Translations under genes and position numbers: made by a program
Part shown: positions 6,041-13,590 of the stretch, in pieces
How positions within the stretch are numbered: the first letter of the stretch is position 1
Layout of the letters: every line of letters starts with the position of its first letter
Source of the DNA: Sandaracinaceae bacterium
GTDB taxonomy: Bacteria; Myxococcota_A; Polyangia; Polyangiales; Sandaracinaceae
NCBI GenBank assembly: GCA_044220955.1
Contig: JBGAQA010000140.1
Coordinates: forward strand, 1 to 13,590
Length of the DNA stretch: 13,590 nucleotides
Direction of reading: 5' to 3'
Notes under the pieces: model-generated
What the model was told of the DNA's origin: nothing
Seen by the model: only the letters and a program-made list of their open reading frames with translations
The model's database searches: none

Positions 6041-7090
6041 GTGATCGATCGCCCGCTCCTCACCACGCCCGACAACCTCACCCCGCTCACGCGCACACCC
6101 TGGGCCGGACGGCGGCTCGCCTCGAGCATGAAGCAGGGGCTGGTCCCTCGGAGCTCGCTGATCGGCGAGTCGTGGGAGGTCTCGTTCGGGCCGGAGCTGC
6201 CGAGCCGGGTCGAGGGTGACCCGCGCGAGCTCTCGACCATCGCAGAGCGCGAGGGAGCGCGGTTCCTCGGTCGCGAGGCGTCGCGGGGCAGCTCGGCGCT
6301 GCTCGTGAAGGTCCTCGACGCGGCCGCGCCGCTCTCGGTGCAGATCCACCCGAGCGACTCCGACCCGCAGCTCGCGTACGGCGAGTCGGGCAAGCCCGAG
6401 AGCTGGTACGTCGTGCACGCCGATCCGGGCGCCGCGATCCACCTCGGCCTCTCGCCGGACGCGACGCTCGACCGGATGCGCGCCTCGATCGAGGACGGCG
6501 GGGACGCGTCGCGCTGGCTCCACCGCGTCGAGGTGCACCCCGGCGACTTCTTCGTCGTGCCGGCGGGAACGCCGCACGCGATCGGCGCGGGCGTCACGCT
6601 GGTCGAGCCGCAGCGCGTGCTGCCGGGCAAGCGCGGCGTGACCTACCGCTACTGGGACTGGAACCGCCGCTACGACGCCGAGGGCCGCCTCTCGAGCGAT
6701 GGCGAGCCACGCGCGCTGGATCTCTCTCGCGCGCTGGCCGTCACCCGATGGGACGGGCCACGAGGGGCCGCGTTCGTCGAGCGGGTGCACGCGCGCGTCG
6801 GCCTCGACCTCGCCACCGCCCCGTCCTTCGCTCGGGTGTGCGGACGATCCGGCGCGCGCCTGCCGAGCGAGGCGCTCGAGGTCGCGATCCTCGCGGGCAC
6901 GGGTACGGTCGACGTGCCCCGCGCCGACGCAGTGGAGGCCTGGACCGTCATCGACGGGGCCGTCCGCCTCGTGGGCGCCGGCTTCGCGGTGGACGTCGAG
7001 CGCGGGCGCTCCGCCGTGGTGCCTGCGTGCGTCGGGGCGATGCGCTGCGAGGCTCGCGGCGCCCACGTCGTCGTCGCCTCGGCGCGTTGA
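6041..7090 (+). CDS. manA: Class I mannose-6-phosphate isomerase (cupin fold), 349 aa
   Basis: Motifs: PWAGRRL, IGESWEVS, LLVKVLDAAAPLSVQIHPSD (Zn ligands Q, H), GKPESWYV (E), PGDFFVVPAGTPHAIGAG (H), and TYRYWDWNR (catalytic Arg region). Confidence 0.88.
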   Translation: MIDRPLLTTPDNLTPLTRTPWAGRRLASSMKQGLVPRSSLIGESWEVSFGPELPSRVEGDPRELSTIAEREGARFLGREASRGSSALLVKVLDAAAPLSVQIHPSDSDPQLAYGESGKPESWYVVHADPGAAIHLGLSPDATLDRMRASIEDGGDASRWLHRVEVHPGDFFVVPAGTPHAIGAGVTLVEPQRVLPGKRGVTYRYWDWNRRYDAEGRLSSDGEPRALDLSRALAVTRWDGPRGAAFVERVHARVGLDLATAPSFARVCGRSGARLPSEALEVAILAGTGTVDVPRADAVEAWTVIDGAVRLVGAGFAVDVERGRSAVVPACVGAMRCEARGAHVVVASAR

Positions 7091-7186
7091 TCACGGCGGC
7101 GGCGCGGGCGAAGCCGGGCCGGGCCGACCCGACGCAGGGCATCTCCTCTCTTTCACGCGCGGGCCGGTTCGGCTAACGATCCCGCC

Positions 7187-8302
7187 GTGGACGCCGCGAC
7201 GACGCTCCCGCTCCCCGCCGACCAGCTCCCCGAGGCGCTCCGCCGCTTCGGTGACCCTGCCGCGCCCGAGAAGGCACGCACCATCGCCGCGCGCGGCCTG
7301 GTGCCCGTCAAGGGCGGCGACCTCGTCGCGCTGCTCCTGCAGCTGGCGGCCGATCCCATCGAGACCATCGCGACGTCTGCGCGCGCGACGCTCGACGGCC
7401 TGCCCGAGACGATGATCGAGACGGCGTGCGAGGCGCCGCTGCACCCGGCGTTCCTCGACGCGCTGGCCGATCGCATCCACGGCAAGGACGCGCTGCTCGA
7501 GCGCCTCCTCTCGAACCCGCAGCTCTCGCACGCCACGATGGCGCGCGTCGCGCGCACTTGCTCGGAGAGCGTGGCCGAGCGCGTGGCGCTCAACGAGCAG
7601 CGCATGCTGGAGGCGCCCCAGATCGTCGAGGCGCTCTACAAGAACAAGAACACGCGCATGAGCACGATCGATCGCCTGATCGAGCTCTGCGTCCGCAACG
7701 GCGTCGTGCTCGAGGGCATCGCGACGTTCCAGGCGCACGCGGAGGCGATCGCCGGGCAGCTCATCCCCGAGCCGAGCGACGAGCCGCTCCCCTCGGACGT
7801 GGCGTTCGCCACCGCGCTGAAGGACGACGACGACGGCGATCCCCTCGAGGTCGACAAGGCCGAGGGCAAGGAGGAGCTGAAGAAGAAGTACTTGCCGCTC
7901 TCCAACCAGATCGCGGACATGTCGGTGCAGGACAAGCTCCGCCTCTCGCTCACCGGTAACGCCGCCGCGCGCGCCCTGCTGGTGCGCGACTCGAACAAGC
8001 AGGTCTCCTTCGCGGCCGTCAGCTCGCCGTCCACGACCGAGGCCGAGGCGAGCAACATGGCGCACAGCCGGCAGGTCGGAGAGGACATCCTCCGCTTCAT
8101 CGGCAACAAGCGCGAGTGGCTCGGGAACTACGAGCTGAAGAAGGCGCTCCTCTTCAACCCGAAGACGCCGGTGGGCATCTCGATGCGCTTCCTCTCGCAC
8201 ATGCACGTCTCCGACCTGCGCGACCTCTCCCGGAGCCGCGGCGTGCCGGCCGCGGTGAAGTCGGCGGCGATCCAGCGGCTCAACAAGAAGGGAAAAGAGT
8301 AG
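7187..8302 (+). CDS. Conserved hypothetical cytoplasmic alpha-helical repeat protein (LRV/HEAT-like), 371 aa
   Basis: Normal protein composition and codon use. Repeated NPxTP-like helical units (LLSNPQLSHATM, LYKNKNTRMSTI, LLFNPKTPVGIS) and an acidic linker. The C-terminal block IADMSVQDKLRLSLTGNAAARALLVRDSNKQV resembles an uncharacterised deltaproteobacterial family (recalled, not searched). Confidence 0.8.
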   Translation: MDAATTLPLPADQLPEALRRFGDPAAPEKARTIAARGLVPVKGGDLVALLLQLAADPIETIATSARATLDGLPETMIETACEAPLHPAFLDALADRIHGKDALLERLLSNPQLSHATMARVARTCSESVAERVALNEQRMLEAPQIVEALYKNKNTRMSTIDRLIELCVRNGVVLEGIATFQAHAEAIAGQLIPEPSDEPLPSDVAFATALKDDDDGDPLEVDKAEGKEELKKKYLPLSNQIADMSVQDKLRLSLTGNAAARALLVRDSNKQVSFAAVSSPSTTEAEASNMAHSRQVGEDILRFIGNKREWLGNYELKKALLFNPKTPVGISMRFLSHMHVSDLRDLSRSRGVPAAVKSAAIQRLNKKGKE

Positions 8303-8304
8303 GC

Positions 8305-9585
8305 ATGTCGATCTTCGGGCGCCTGTTCGGCAGCGTGAGCGCGGAGGGCGAGAAGAAGCGAGCAGACCAGCTCTTCGGCGAGGGCCGCTTCTTCGACGCC
8401 AAGACCGCCTACGAGGCGGCCGCAGGCGCGCGCGACGCGACGGACGCCGTGAAGAAGACGTGCGCCGAGCGGATCGACGCGTGCAGCGACGCCCTGGCCG
8501 AGGCGCGCATCGCCGAGGCCGAGAAGCACCTCGCGCACGGAGACCTCGACCTCGCGCGCACCGAGCTCGCGAACGCGATGGAGGTCGCCGCGACCGAGGC
8601 CGTGCGTCGCAAGGCGGAGAAGCGGATGGACCGCGCCGAGCGCAAGGACGCCCGGACGCGCGCCACGGAGGACGAGGGGCCGAGCGACGACGAGCGCATC
8701 GTGCTGCTCTCCGCGCAGTGGGAGGAGGATCAGCAGGAGGAGTACGACGACTACGGCGAGGAATTCCGCGCCGCGCTGGTCGCGATGGAGAAGGGCCAGA
8801 ACGCCGAGGCGCGCGAGGTGCTCGAGCGCATCATGAAGGCGCACGCCGACGACGACCCGCCGCCGGTCTACATCTACCTCGAGGTCGCGCGCGCGCGGCA
8901 CCGCTGTGACGACGACGAGGGCACGGGCAAGGCGCTGCGCACCTTCCTCAAGCGCGTGCCGGACGACGAGCGCAGCGAGGCGCGCGTGAACGCGTACGTC
9001 GTCCTGGCCGGGCTCGCCGAGAAGGCGGGGGACGACGAGAAGGCGATCAAGCAGCTGAGCAAGGCGATCGAGGCGATGCCCGACGACCCGCGCCCCTGCC
9101 TCAACCTCGGCATGTTCCTGCGCGCGAAGGGCGCGCCGGAGGAGGCGATCCAGCTGCTCGACCAGGCGATCGATCTCATGGACGAGGACCGCCCGAGCTG
9201 GGAGGCGTACCGCGAGCTCGGCCTCGCGCACCGCGACGCGGGCAACGACGAGCGGGCGACCGATCTGCTCGAGAAGGTGCTGCGTCACTTCGTGCAGCGC
9301 GGCGTCACGGACTTCCCGCCGAGCGCGGCGGTGCCGCTCGCCGAGCTCCACGAGAAGGCCGGCAACCATGCGCGCGCCGCCGACCTCTACACCTCGCTCG
9401 CGCGCGGCAGCGACAAGGCCGGGCACCTCGAGTACCACCGCCGCGCGGCGCGCGCGCTCGTGAAGCTGGGGATGATCGAGGAGGCCCGCCGCATGCTCAC
9501 GCGCGCGACCGCCCTCGCCGAGGGCCGGCCCGAGCTCGAGGCCGCGATGGAGGCCGAGCTCGCGAAGCTGGAAGAGGACGACTGA
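8305..9585 (+). CDS. Tetratricopeptide repeat protein, 426 aa
   Basis: The real start is ATG 8305 (MSIFGRLFG), 2 nt after the upstream TAG, with a purine-rich upstream sequence. Multiple TPR-like units, e.g. LAGLAEKAGDDEKAIKQLSKAIEAMPDD, LGMFLRAKGAPEEAIQLLDQAI, LGLAHRDAGNDERATDLLEKVL. Confidence 0.88.
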   Translation: MSIFGRLFGSVSAEGEKKRADQLFGEGRFFDAKTAYEAAAGARDATDAVKKTCAERIDACSDALAEARIAEAEKHLAHGDLDLARTELANAMEVAATEAVRRKAEKRMDRAERKDARTRATEDEGPSDDERIVLLSAQWEEDQQEEYDDYGEEFRAALVAMEKGQNAEAREVLERIMKAHADDDPPPVYIYLEVARARHRCDDDEGTGKALRTFLKRVPDDERSEARVNAYVVLAGLAEKAGDDEKAIKQLSKAIEAMPDDPRPCLNLGMFLRAKGAPEEAIQLLDQAIDLMDEDRPSWEAYRELGLAHRDAGNDERATDLLEKVLRHFVQRGVTDFPPSAAVPLAELHEKAGNHARAADLYTSLARGSDKAGHLEYHRRAARALVKLGMIEEARRMLTRATALAEGRPELEAAMEAELAKLEEDD

Positions 9586-9642
9586 CGCCCGGCTCCCTCT
9601 CGCGCGTCGTGGGAGACGACCGGGGCGAGCGGCGGCCGAGGG

Positions 9643-10581
9643 TCAGAGCGGGTCGAGGTAGTAGGCCCAGAAGAAGCACATCTCGTCGTCGAACCCCGTC
9701 CCGAATCCGACGTAGCGATCGGTCGTGTTGCGGAACGTGCACGTGAGCCGGAGCTGGTCGGCCGGGCCCATCACGAGCGAGGGAGAGCAGAGCGTCAGCG
9801 GCGGGTCGGACCAGTCGAGGCTCTCGTGCACGCGCGTGCCGGGGTCGCTCTCGCTCGTCGTGACGTCGAGCGTCGCGTCGATGCCGAGCTGGTGTGTGTG
9901 CGTCGTCAGCGCGAGGATCTCGGTCCCCGGCGTCATCGGGAAGTACGACGTCGCCACCGTGTCGACGTGTGGCGGCAGTCCGAGCGAGAAGTCCCCCTCG
10001 AAGAGGATCCGCACCTCGCGCAGCGCCGGATCGATCGGAACGAGGTCGAAGTCGACCGTGCCTGCGATGTCGAGCGCGTCCGGCGTGACGTCGATCATGT
10101 GCAGCTCGAGGCCGACGATCTGGTGGGCGTCCATGCGCAGGCCGGTGCGGTCGGGATACGTGATGCCGCTCTCGTGGCTCTCGGCGATGAAGATCGCCTG
10201 GCCGATCCCGTGGGTGAGCGGGGCGCAGGGCGTCGGAGTCGGGGCGGGGCTCGTCCCGTCCACGCGCGAGACGACGAGGTGGTGGCTCCCGTCGGTGACG
10301 TGCGTGCGCACTGCGCGCAGCATCATCGGCGACGCGTTGCCGAGGTCGAGCGAGACGCAGAGCGTCTGCTCCACGCCCACCTCCACGTGGAAGGGCCCGA
10401 TCGTGAGCGAGCGCGTCTCGGCGCCCGCGACGAAGGCGTCCACGCTAGCGGCGTCCGGGGCCGCGGCCGCGTCGAGCGAGGGCGCGTCGGGGCCGCTCGG
10501 GCCGGCGTCGCGCGCGGGCACCGCGCCGAGGGTGTTGCACGCCGCGAGGGTGAGGGCGCCGACGACGGCGAACGCGCGCAT
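9643..10581 (-). CDS. Lipoprotein of the copper type II (PHM/dopamine beta-hydroxylase-like) monooxygenase fold, 312 aa
   Basis: The real start is likely ATG 10581 (MRAFAVVGALTLAA-C, a lipobox). All six Cu ligands are recognisable: SHHLVV and ELHMID (CuH), THTHQLG and DEMCFFWAYY (CuM). It also has LRLTCTFRN, matching the Cys that pairs with the EMC Cys in this family. Confidence 0.85.
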   Translation of the reverse strand: MRAFAVVGALTLAACNTLGAVPARDAGPSGPDAPSLDAAAAPDAASVDAFVAGAETRSLTIGPFHVEVGVEQTLCVSLDLGNASPMMLRAVRTHVTDGSHHLVVSRVDGTSPAPTPTPCAPLTHGIGQAIFIAESHESGITYPDRTGLRMDAHQIVGLELHMIDVTPDALDIAGTVDFDLVPIDPALREVRILFEGDFSLGLPPHVDTVATSYFPMTPGTEILALTTHTHQLGIDATLDVTTSESDPGTRVHESLDWSDPPLTLCSPSLVMGPADQLRLTCTFRNTTDRYVGFGTGFDDEMCFFWAYYLDPL

Positions 10582-10588
10582 CCGGCCG

Positions 10589-10597
10589 ATGATATCA
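10589..10597 (-). promoter_or_regulatory. Extended -10 element (TGaTATCAT) of the monooxygenase gene, probably giving a leaderless mRNA
   Basis: The minus strand reads TGATATCAT-cggccgg-ATG: TGn plus a 5/6 match to TATAAT, 7 nt before the start codon. It is a rare AT-rich patch, and there is no SD sequence. Confidence 0.6.
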
Positions 10598-10712
10598 ACT
10601 CGCCCGTGTGCGTGCCTGCCGCGATCGAGGCCGACCCCGCGCCGGGAGCGCTCACGGCCGCGCACGTCGGGGAGTCGCTCTGCATCGCGCGCCCGCGGGC
10701 TCGCCCGCGGGC

Positions 10713-10741
10713 TTGACCGGCCCGTGACGCTCCGGGAGGAT
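10713..10741 (+). promoter_or_regulatory. Possible sigma70-type promoter of the acyltransferase gene
   Basis: TTGACC-N17-GAGGAT: a good -35 and spacing, but a weak -10. The overlapping GGGAGGA could instead be an SD for GTG 10751. Confidence 0.35.
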
Positions 10742-10762
10742 CGCGTGGCCGTGACGGACGGA

Positions 10763-11638
10763 ATGCAGACCCAGAGCCTGGACACCGCAGGCGGGCCGGT
10801 GCACGTCGAGCCATCCCTGACGATCGCAGCCTCTCCCCCGCGGCTGCCGCGCTGGCTGCGCATCGCCCTCATGGGCGCGCTCTTCCTGCTCTTCTTCTGC
10901 GGCGCACCCGTCATCACCTTCGTGATCTTCCCGCTGCTCTGGCTCACGTCGAAGAGCCCCGAGGATCACCGACGAAGGTGCACGCGCCTGCTCCACCACG
11001 GAGAGCGGCAGTTCGCGCGCGCGGCTCGCTTCGTCGGCCTCGTCGACTTCGTCATCAGCGCGCCCCCGTCGGTCGACCTCGCCAAGCCCTACGTGATGAT
11101 CTCGAATCATCCCTCGTACGTGGACATGATCCTGGTCCTGGGCGCGTTCGAGAACCTCACGTGCATGACGAAGGGCAGCTGGTCACGCCACTGGGCGCTC
11201 GGGCCGTTGCTGCGTGCGACGAACTACCTGCCCGGGCCAGGCAGCGGCCTGCGCCAGAGCGAGCAGATGCTCGACTCCATGGTGGCGCACCTGCGCGCGG
11301 GCCATCCGCTCCTGATCTTCCCCGAGGGGCAGCGCTCGATGAAGGACCAGCTGCGCCGATTCCGGCGCGGCGCGGTGGAGGCGGCGGTCCGAGCGAACGT
11401 CCCCATCGTGCCCCTCTACCTCGCGATGGATCGACCCTATCTGACGAAGTCGGTGCCGATCTGGAGGGCGCCGGATCGCGCGCCCAAGTACACGTTCGAG
11501 TGGTTCGACGTCATCCACCCCGAGGAGTTCGGACACGACGGCAAGCGCATCCAGGACCACGTCGACGCGATGTACGCCGCTCGCTTCGAGCGACAACGCG
11601 TCGCGTACCGGGAGCTCGCCGAGACGTCCGGCGACTGA
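10763..11638 (+). CDS. Lysophospholipid acyltransferase family protein (PlsC-like, 1-acyl-sn-glycerol-3-phosphate acyltransferase family)
   Basis: N-terminal hydrophobic segment, catalytic NHPSYVD (HX4D), LLIFPEGQRS, and FRRGAVEAAVRANVPIVP. The start is uncertain: GTG 10745, GTG 10751 and ATG 10763 are all in frame. The ORF-track extension back to 9725 is antisense to the monooxygenase. Confidence 0.9.
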   Translation: MQTQSLDTAGGPVHVEPSLTIAASPPRLPRWLRIALMGALFLLFFCGAPVITFVIFPLLWLTSKSPEDHRRRCTRLLHHGERQFARAARFVGLVDFVISAPPSVDLAKPYVMISNHPSYVDMILVLGAFENLTCMTKGSWSRHWALGPLLRATNYLPGPGSGLRQSEQMLDSMVAHLRAGHPLLIFPEGQRSMKDQLRRFRRGAVEAAVRANVPIVPLYLAMDRPYLTKSVPIWRAPDRAPKYTFEWFDVIHPEEFGHDGKRIQDHVDAMYAARFERQRVAYRELAETSGD

Positions 11639-11698
11639 GCGGGGCGCGCGTGTTCCCAGACGGGGCGTCCGCCCGAGCGGGCACCGGCGTGCACGCGT

Positions 11699-13384
11699 TC
11701 AGCCCGCGCGTCGACGCACCTCGACGCGCGTGTCCGACTCCGTCGACGCAGGCGGCGCCACGGAGGGCGGCGCCTGCGGGCGCGGGCGCGGCAGATCGAT
11801 CACGGCCGGCGGCTTCCACGCGCCGGCGACGCTCGAGGCCGCGAGCGCGTCGGCGAACGCGCGGCCGTCGGCGAAGCGCTCCTCGGGCTTCTTCGCGAGG
11901 GCGCGCAGCACGAGGGCATCGACGTCGGCCGGCACGGGCTCCTTCGCGCGCTCGCTCGCCGGCACGGGCAGGTCGTTGAGGTGGGCGAGCAAGGTCGTCG
12001 CGGCGACCTCGCCCTTGAAGGGCGGCCTGCCCGTGAGCGCGAAGTAGAGGACGGCGCCGAGCCCGTACACGTCGCTCGCCGGCGTGGCCTCGCCGCCCGT
12101 GATCACCTCCGGGCTCATCGTCGCCGGCGTGCCTGCCACGGCGCCCGTCTGCGTCAGCTGCTGCGTCCGCTCGCTCGCGGTGCGCGCGATGCCGAAGTCG
12201 AGCACCTTCACGAAGTCGCCCTCGCCCCCCGCGCTCGTGACGAAGAGGTTGTCCGGCTTCACGTCGCGGTGGACGATCCCTGCGTCGTGGGCCTCCGCGA
12301 GCGCCCGCGCCGCCTGCGTGACGAGGTACACGGCGCGCGCCGCCGGCATCGGCCCCTCGGTCTTCACCAGCTCGCCGAGGCTCATCCCCTCGAGCAGCTC
12401 CATCGCGTAGTAGAGCAGGCCGTCCTCGGTGGTGCCGGAGTCGAACACGCGCACCGTGTTCGGGTGCGAGAGGCCCGACGAGAGCCGCACCTCGCGCTCG
12501 AAGCGCGCGGCGGCCACCGGGTCCGTCTCGTCGCCGAGCCGCAGGATCTTCAGCGCCACCTCGCGCTCGAGGCCGCGGTGCCAGGCCGCCCAGACCTCGC
12601 CCATCCCGCCCTTGCCGATGCGGCGACGCAGCGCGTAGCGGCCGATGCTGCGCGTCTCGGCGATCGAGCGCCGCAGCTGGAAGAGCCGGTTGCTGGCGAT
12701 CACCACGATCGCGGTGGTCGTGACGACGAGGCTGAAGTGAGCGACGAACGCGTAGATCGCGTCCATGTCGGTGAGCTGCCCGTGCATGGGCGGGTAGAAG
12801 AGCGCGCCGAGGATCATGCCGAGCGGATAGATCGCTGCGGCGCCCACCATGGGCCACGCGTGCTTCTGGGAAGGGCGCGGTACGATGGTCGTGCCGGCCA
12901 GGACCGCGAGGATCGACTCGGCGAACGAGCTCCGGAGGCCGCCGGTGACGCAGGCCTCGAGCGTGAGCGTCAGCAGCAGCAGATAGATCGTTCCGTAGAG
13001 CAGGACCACGAACTCGCGGCTCGAGATGGTGGGGCGCTTGCGCACGCGCCAGAGCGCGACGAGGAACCAGGGCATCGGAAGCGCCCGCAGCGCCGCGAGG
13101 AGCGGCAGGTCGGCCCAGTCGTCGCGCGCGACGACGTGCGCGACGTCGATGGCGAAGAAGATCGGCCACACGATGCACGTGAAGAGCAGCACCGGTCGCG
13201 AGCGCCGGAGGTCGCCGAGGTGCTCGCTCCCCTGCGCGAGGTGCTTGATGCCGGTGCGCGCGCTGCCGCCACCGGCCGACGAGCGGAGACCGTCGGCCTC
13301 GCCGCTCGGCGTCATCCCGGCGGACGACGGGCTCGTGGCCGGGGTCGGATCGGGCGCGCCGGACTGGTCGTCGCGGACCCCCAC
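11699..13384 (-). CDS. Hanks-type Ser/Thr protein kinase with an N-terminal ~6-TM membrane domain
   Basis: Motifs: IGKGGMGEVW, VALKIL, FEREVR, HPNTV, YAMELLEG, HRDVKPDN, VKVLDFGIA, GTPATMSPE, SDVYGLG, LTGRPPF. Six hydrophobic segments precede the kinase domain. The start is GTG 13384 (2 nt after the upstream stop) or ATG 13315; the ORF-track start at 13564 overlaps the PEGA gene. Confidence 0.92.
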   Translation of the reverse strand: MGVRDDQSGAPDPTPATSPSSAGMTPSGEADGLRSSAGGGSARTGIKHLAQGSEHLGDLRRSRPVLLFTCIVWPIFFAIDVAHVVARDDWADLPLLAALRALPMPWFLVALWRVRKRPTISSREFVVLLYGTIYLLLLTLTLEACVTGGLRSSFAESILAVLAGTTIVPRPSQKHAWPMVGAAAIYPLGMILGALFYPPMHGQLTDMDAIYAFVAHFSLVVTTTAIVVIASNRLFQLRRSIAETRSIGRYALRRRIGKGGMGEVWAAWHRGLEREVALKILRLGDETDPVAAARFEREVRLSSGLSHPNTVRVFDSGTTEDGLLYYAMELLEGMSLGELVKTEGPMPAARAVYLVTQAARALAEAHDAGIVHRDVKPDNLFVTSAGGEGDFVKVLDFGIARTASERTQQLTQTGAVAGTPATMSPEVITGGEATPASDVYGLGAVLYFALTGRPPFKGEVAATTLLAHLNDLPVPASERAKEPVPADVDALVLRALAKKPEERFADGRAFADALAASSVAGAWKPPAVIDLPRPRPQAPPSVAPPASTESDTRVEVRRRAG

Positions 13385-13386
13385 GG

Positions 13387-13590
13387 TCAGCGGCCGAAGT
13401 CGACGGTGACGCGCGAGACGACCCCCGAGCGGACGGTGACGGTCTGGTGCCGTCCGGGGGCGAGCCCGCCGGGTCGCAGCTCGACGTCGTGGCGACCGGG
13501 GGCGACGCGGAGCTGGCGCGGCGTCCGACCGCTCGGTGCTCCGTCGATGTAGATGTCCGCCCAAGCGCCGGTGACGTTGATCGCGATGGT
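13387..13590 (-). CDS. C-terminal PEGA domain of a gene entering from the right edge
   Basis: Not in the ORF track. Hand translation gives TIAINVTGAWADIYIDGAPSGRTPRQLRVAPGRHDVELRPGGLAPGRHQTVTVRSGVVSRVTVDFGR*, matching the PEGA pattern (A.V.IDG...G.TP..L.V.PG.H.V.L). The stop TGA is at 13387-13389. Confidence 0.85.
   Translation of the reverse strand, partial: TIAINVTGAWADIYIDGAPSGRTPRQLRVAPGRHDVELRPGGLAPGRHQTVTVRSGVVSRVTVDFGR

Noticed and set aside
5969..9438. Long minus-strand ORFs 5969-7066, 7091-8206 and 8128-9438
   Set aside because: These are antisense shadows of the PMI, helical-repeat and TPR genes, with no independent coding evidence.
9586..9642. Bidirectional terminator between the convergent TPR and monooxygenase genes
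   Set aside because: Only imperfect GC pairing (cgcccgg...ccggggcg) and no U-tract, so it is not distinguishable from background.
9725..10947. Extended N-termini (9725 on +, 10947 on -) implying a long antisense overlap of the acyltransferase and monooxygenase
   Set aside because: Both proteins have better internal starts (the lipobox at 10581; the TM segment shortly after 10763), leaving a normal divergent intergenic region.
11639..11698. Hairpin or terminator between the convergent acyltransferase and kinase genes
   Set aside because: Short stem only (gccc-gagc-gggc) and no U-tract.
11511..13552. ORFs 11511-13178 (-) and 11981-13552 (+)
   Set aside because: These are off-frame and antisense shadows of the kinase gene.

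Overview
Very GC-rich bacterial DNA, most likely from a myxobacterium (Myxococcota, Polyangiales/Sandaracinaceae-like). This is inferred from a MYXO-CTERM tail, Asp-Ala-Gly-rich lipoprotein linkers, a membrane-anchored Hanks kinase and a PEGA domain. The window holds 11 protein-coding genes, two of them cut by the window edges and absent from the ORF track. No rRNA, tRNA, CRISPR or mobile element is evident. The left half is a minus-strand run: a lipoprotein with a cytochrome c domain (CxxCH) and a TolB-like beta-propeller; a second lipoprotein with a C-terminal CxxCH; a phosphodiester glycosidase (NAGPA family) with a MYXO-CTERM tail; and a zinc-ribbon protein carrying a FGAPPQGG tandem repeat. 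Divergent from this run are a type I mannose-6-phosphate isomerase, a helical-repeat protein and a TPR protein. The right part encodes a PHM/DBH-like two-copper monooxygenase lipoprotein, a PlsC-family acyltransferase, a ~6-TM Ser/Thr kinase and the end of a PEGA-domain gene. The best candidate for an undescribed system is the tightly linked pair of uncharacterised single-heme lipoproteins (2289-5959), followed by the copper monooxygenase with non-PHM substrate-site residues. Several ORF-track starts are too long and were corrected. All family calls come from reading motifs by eye, with no database searches.
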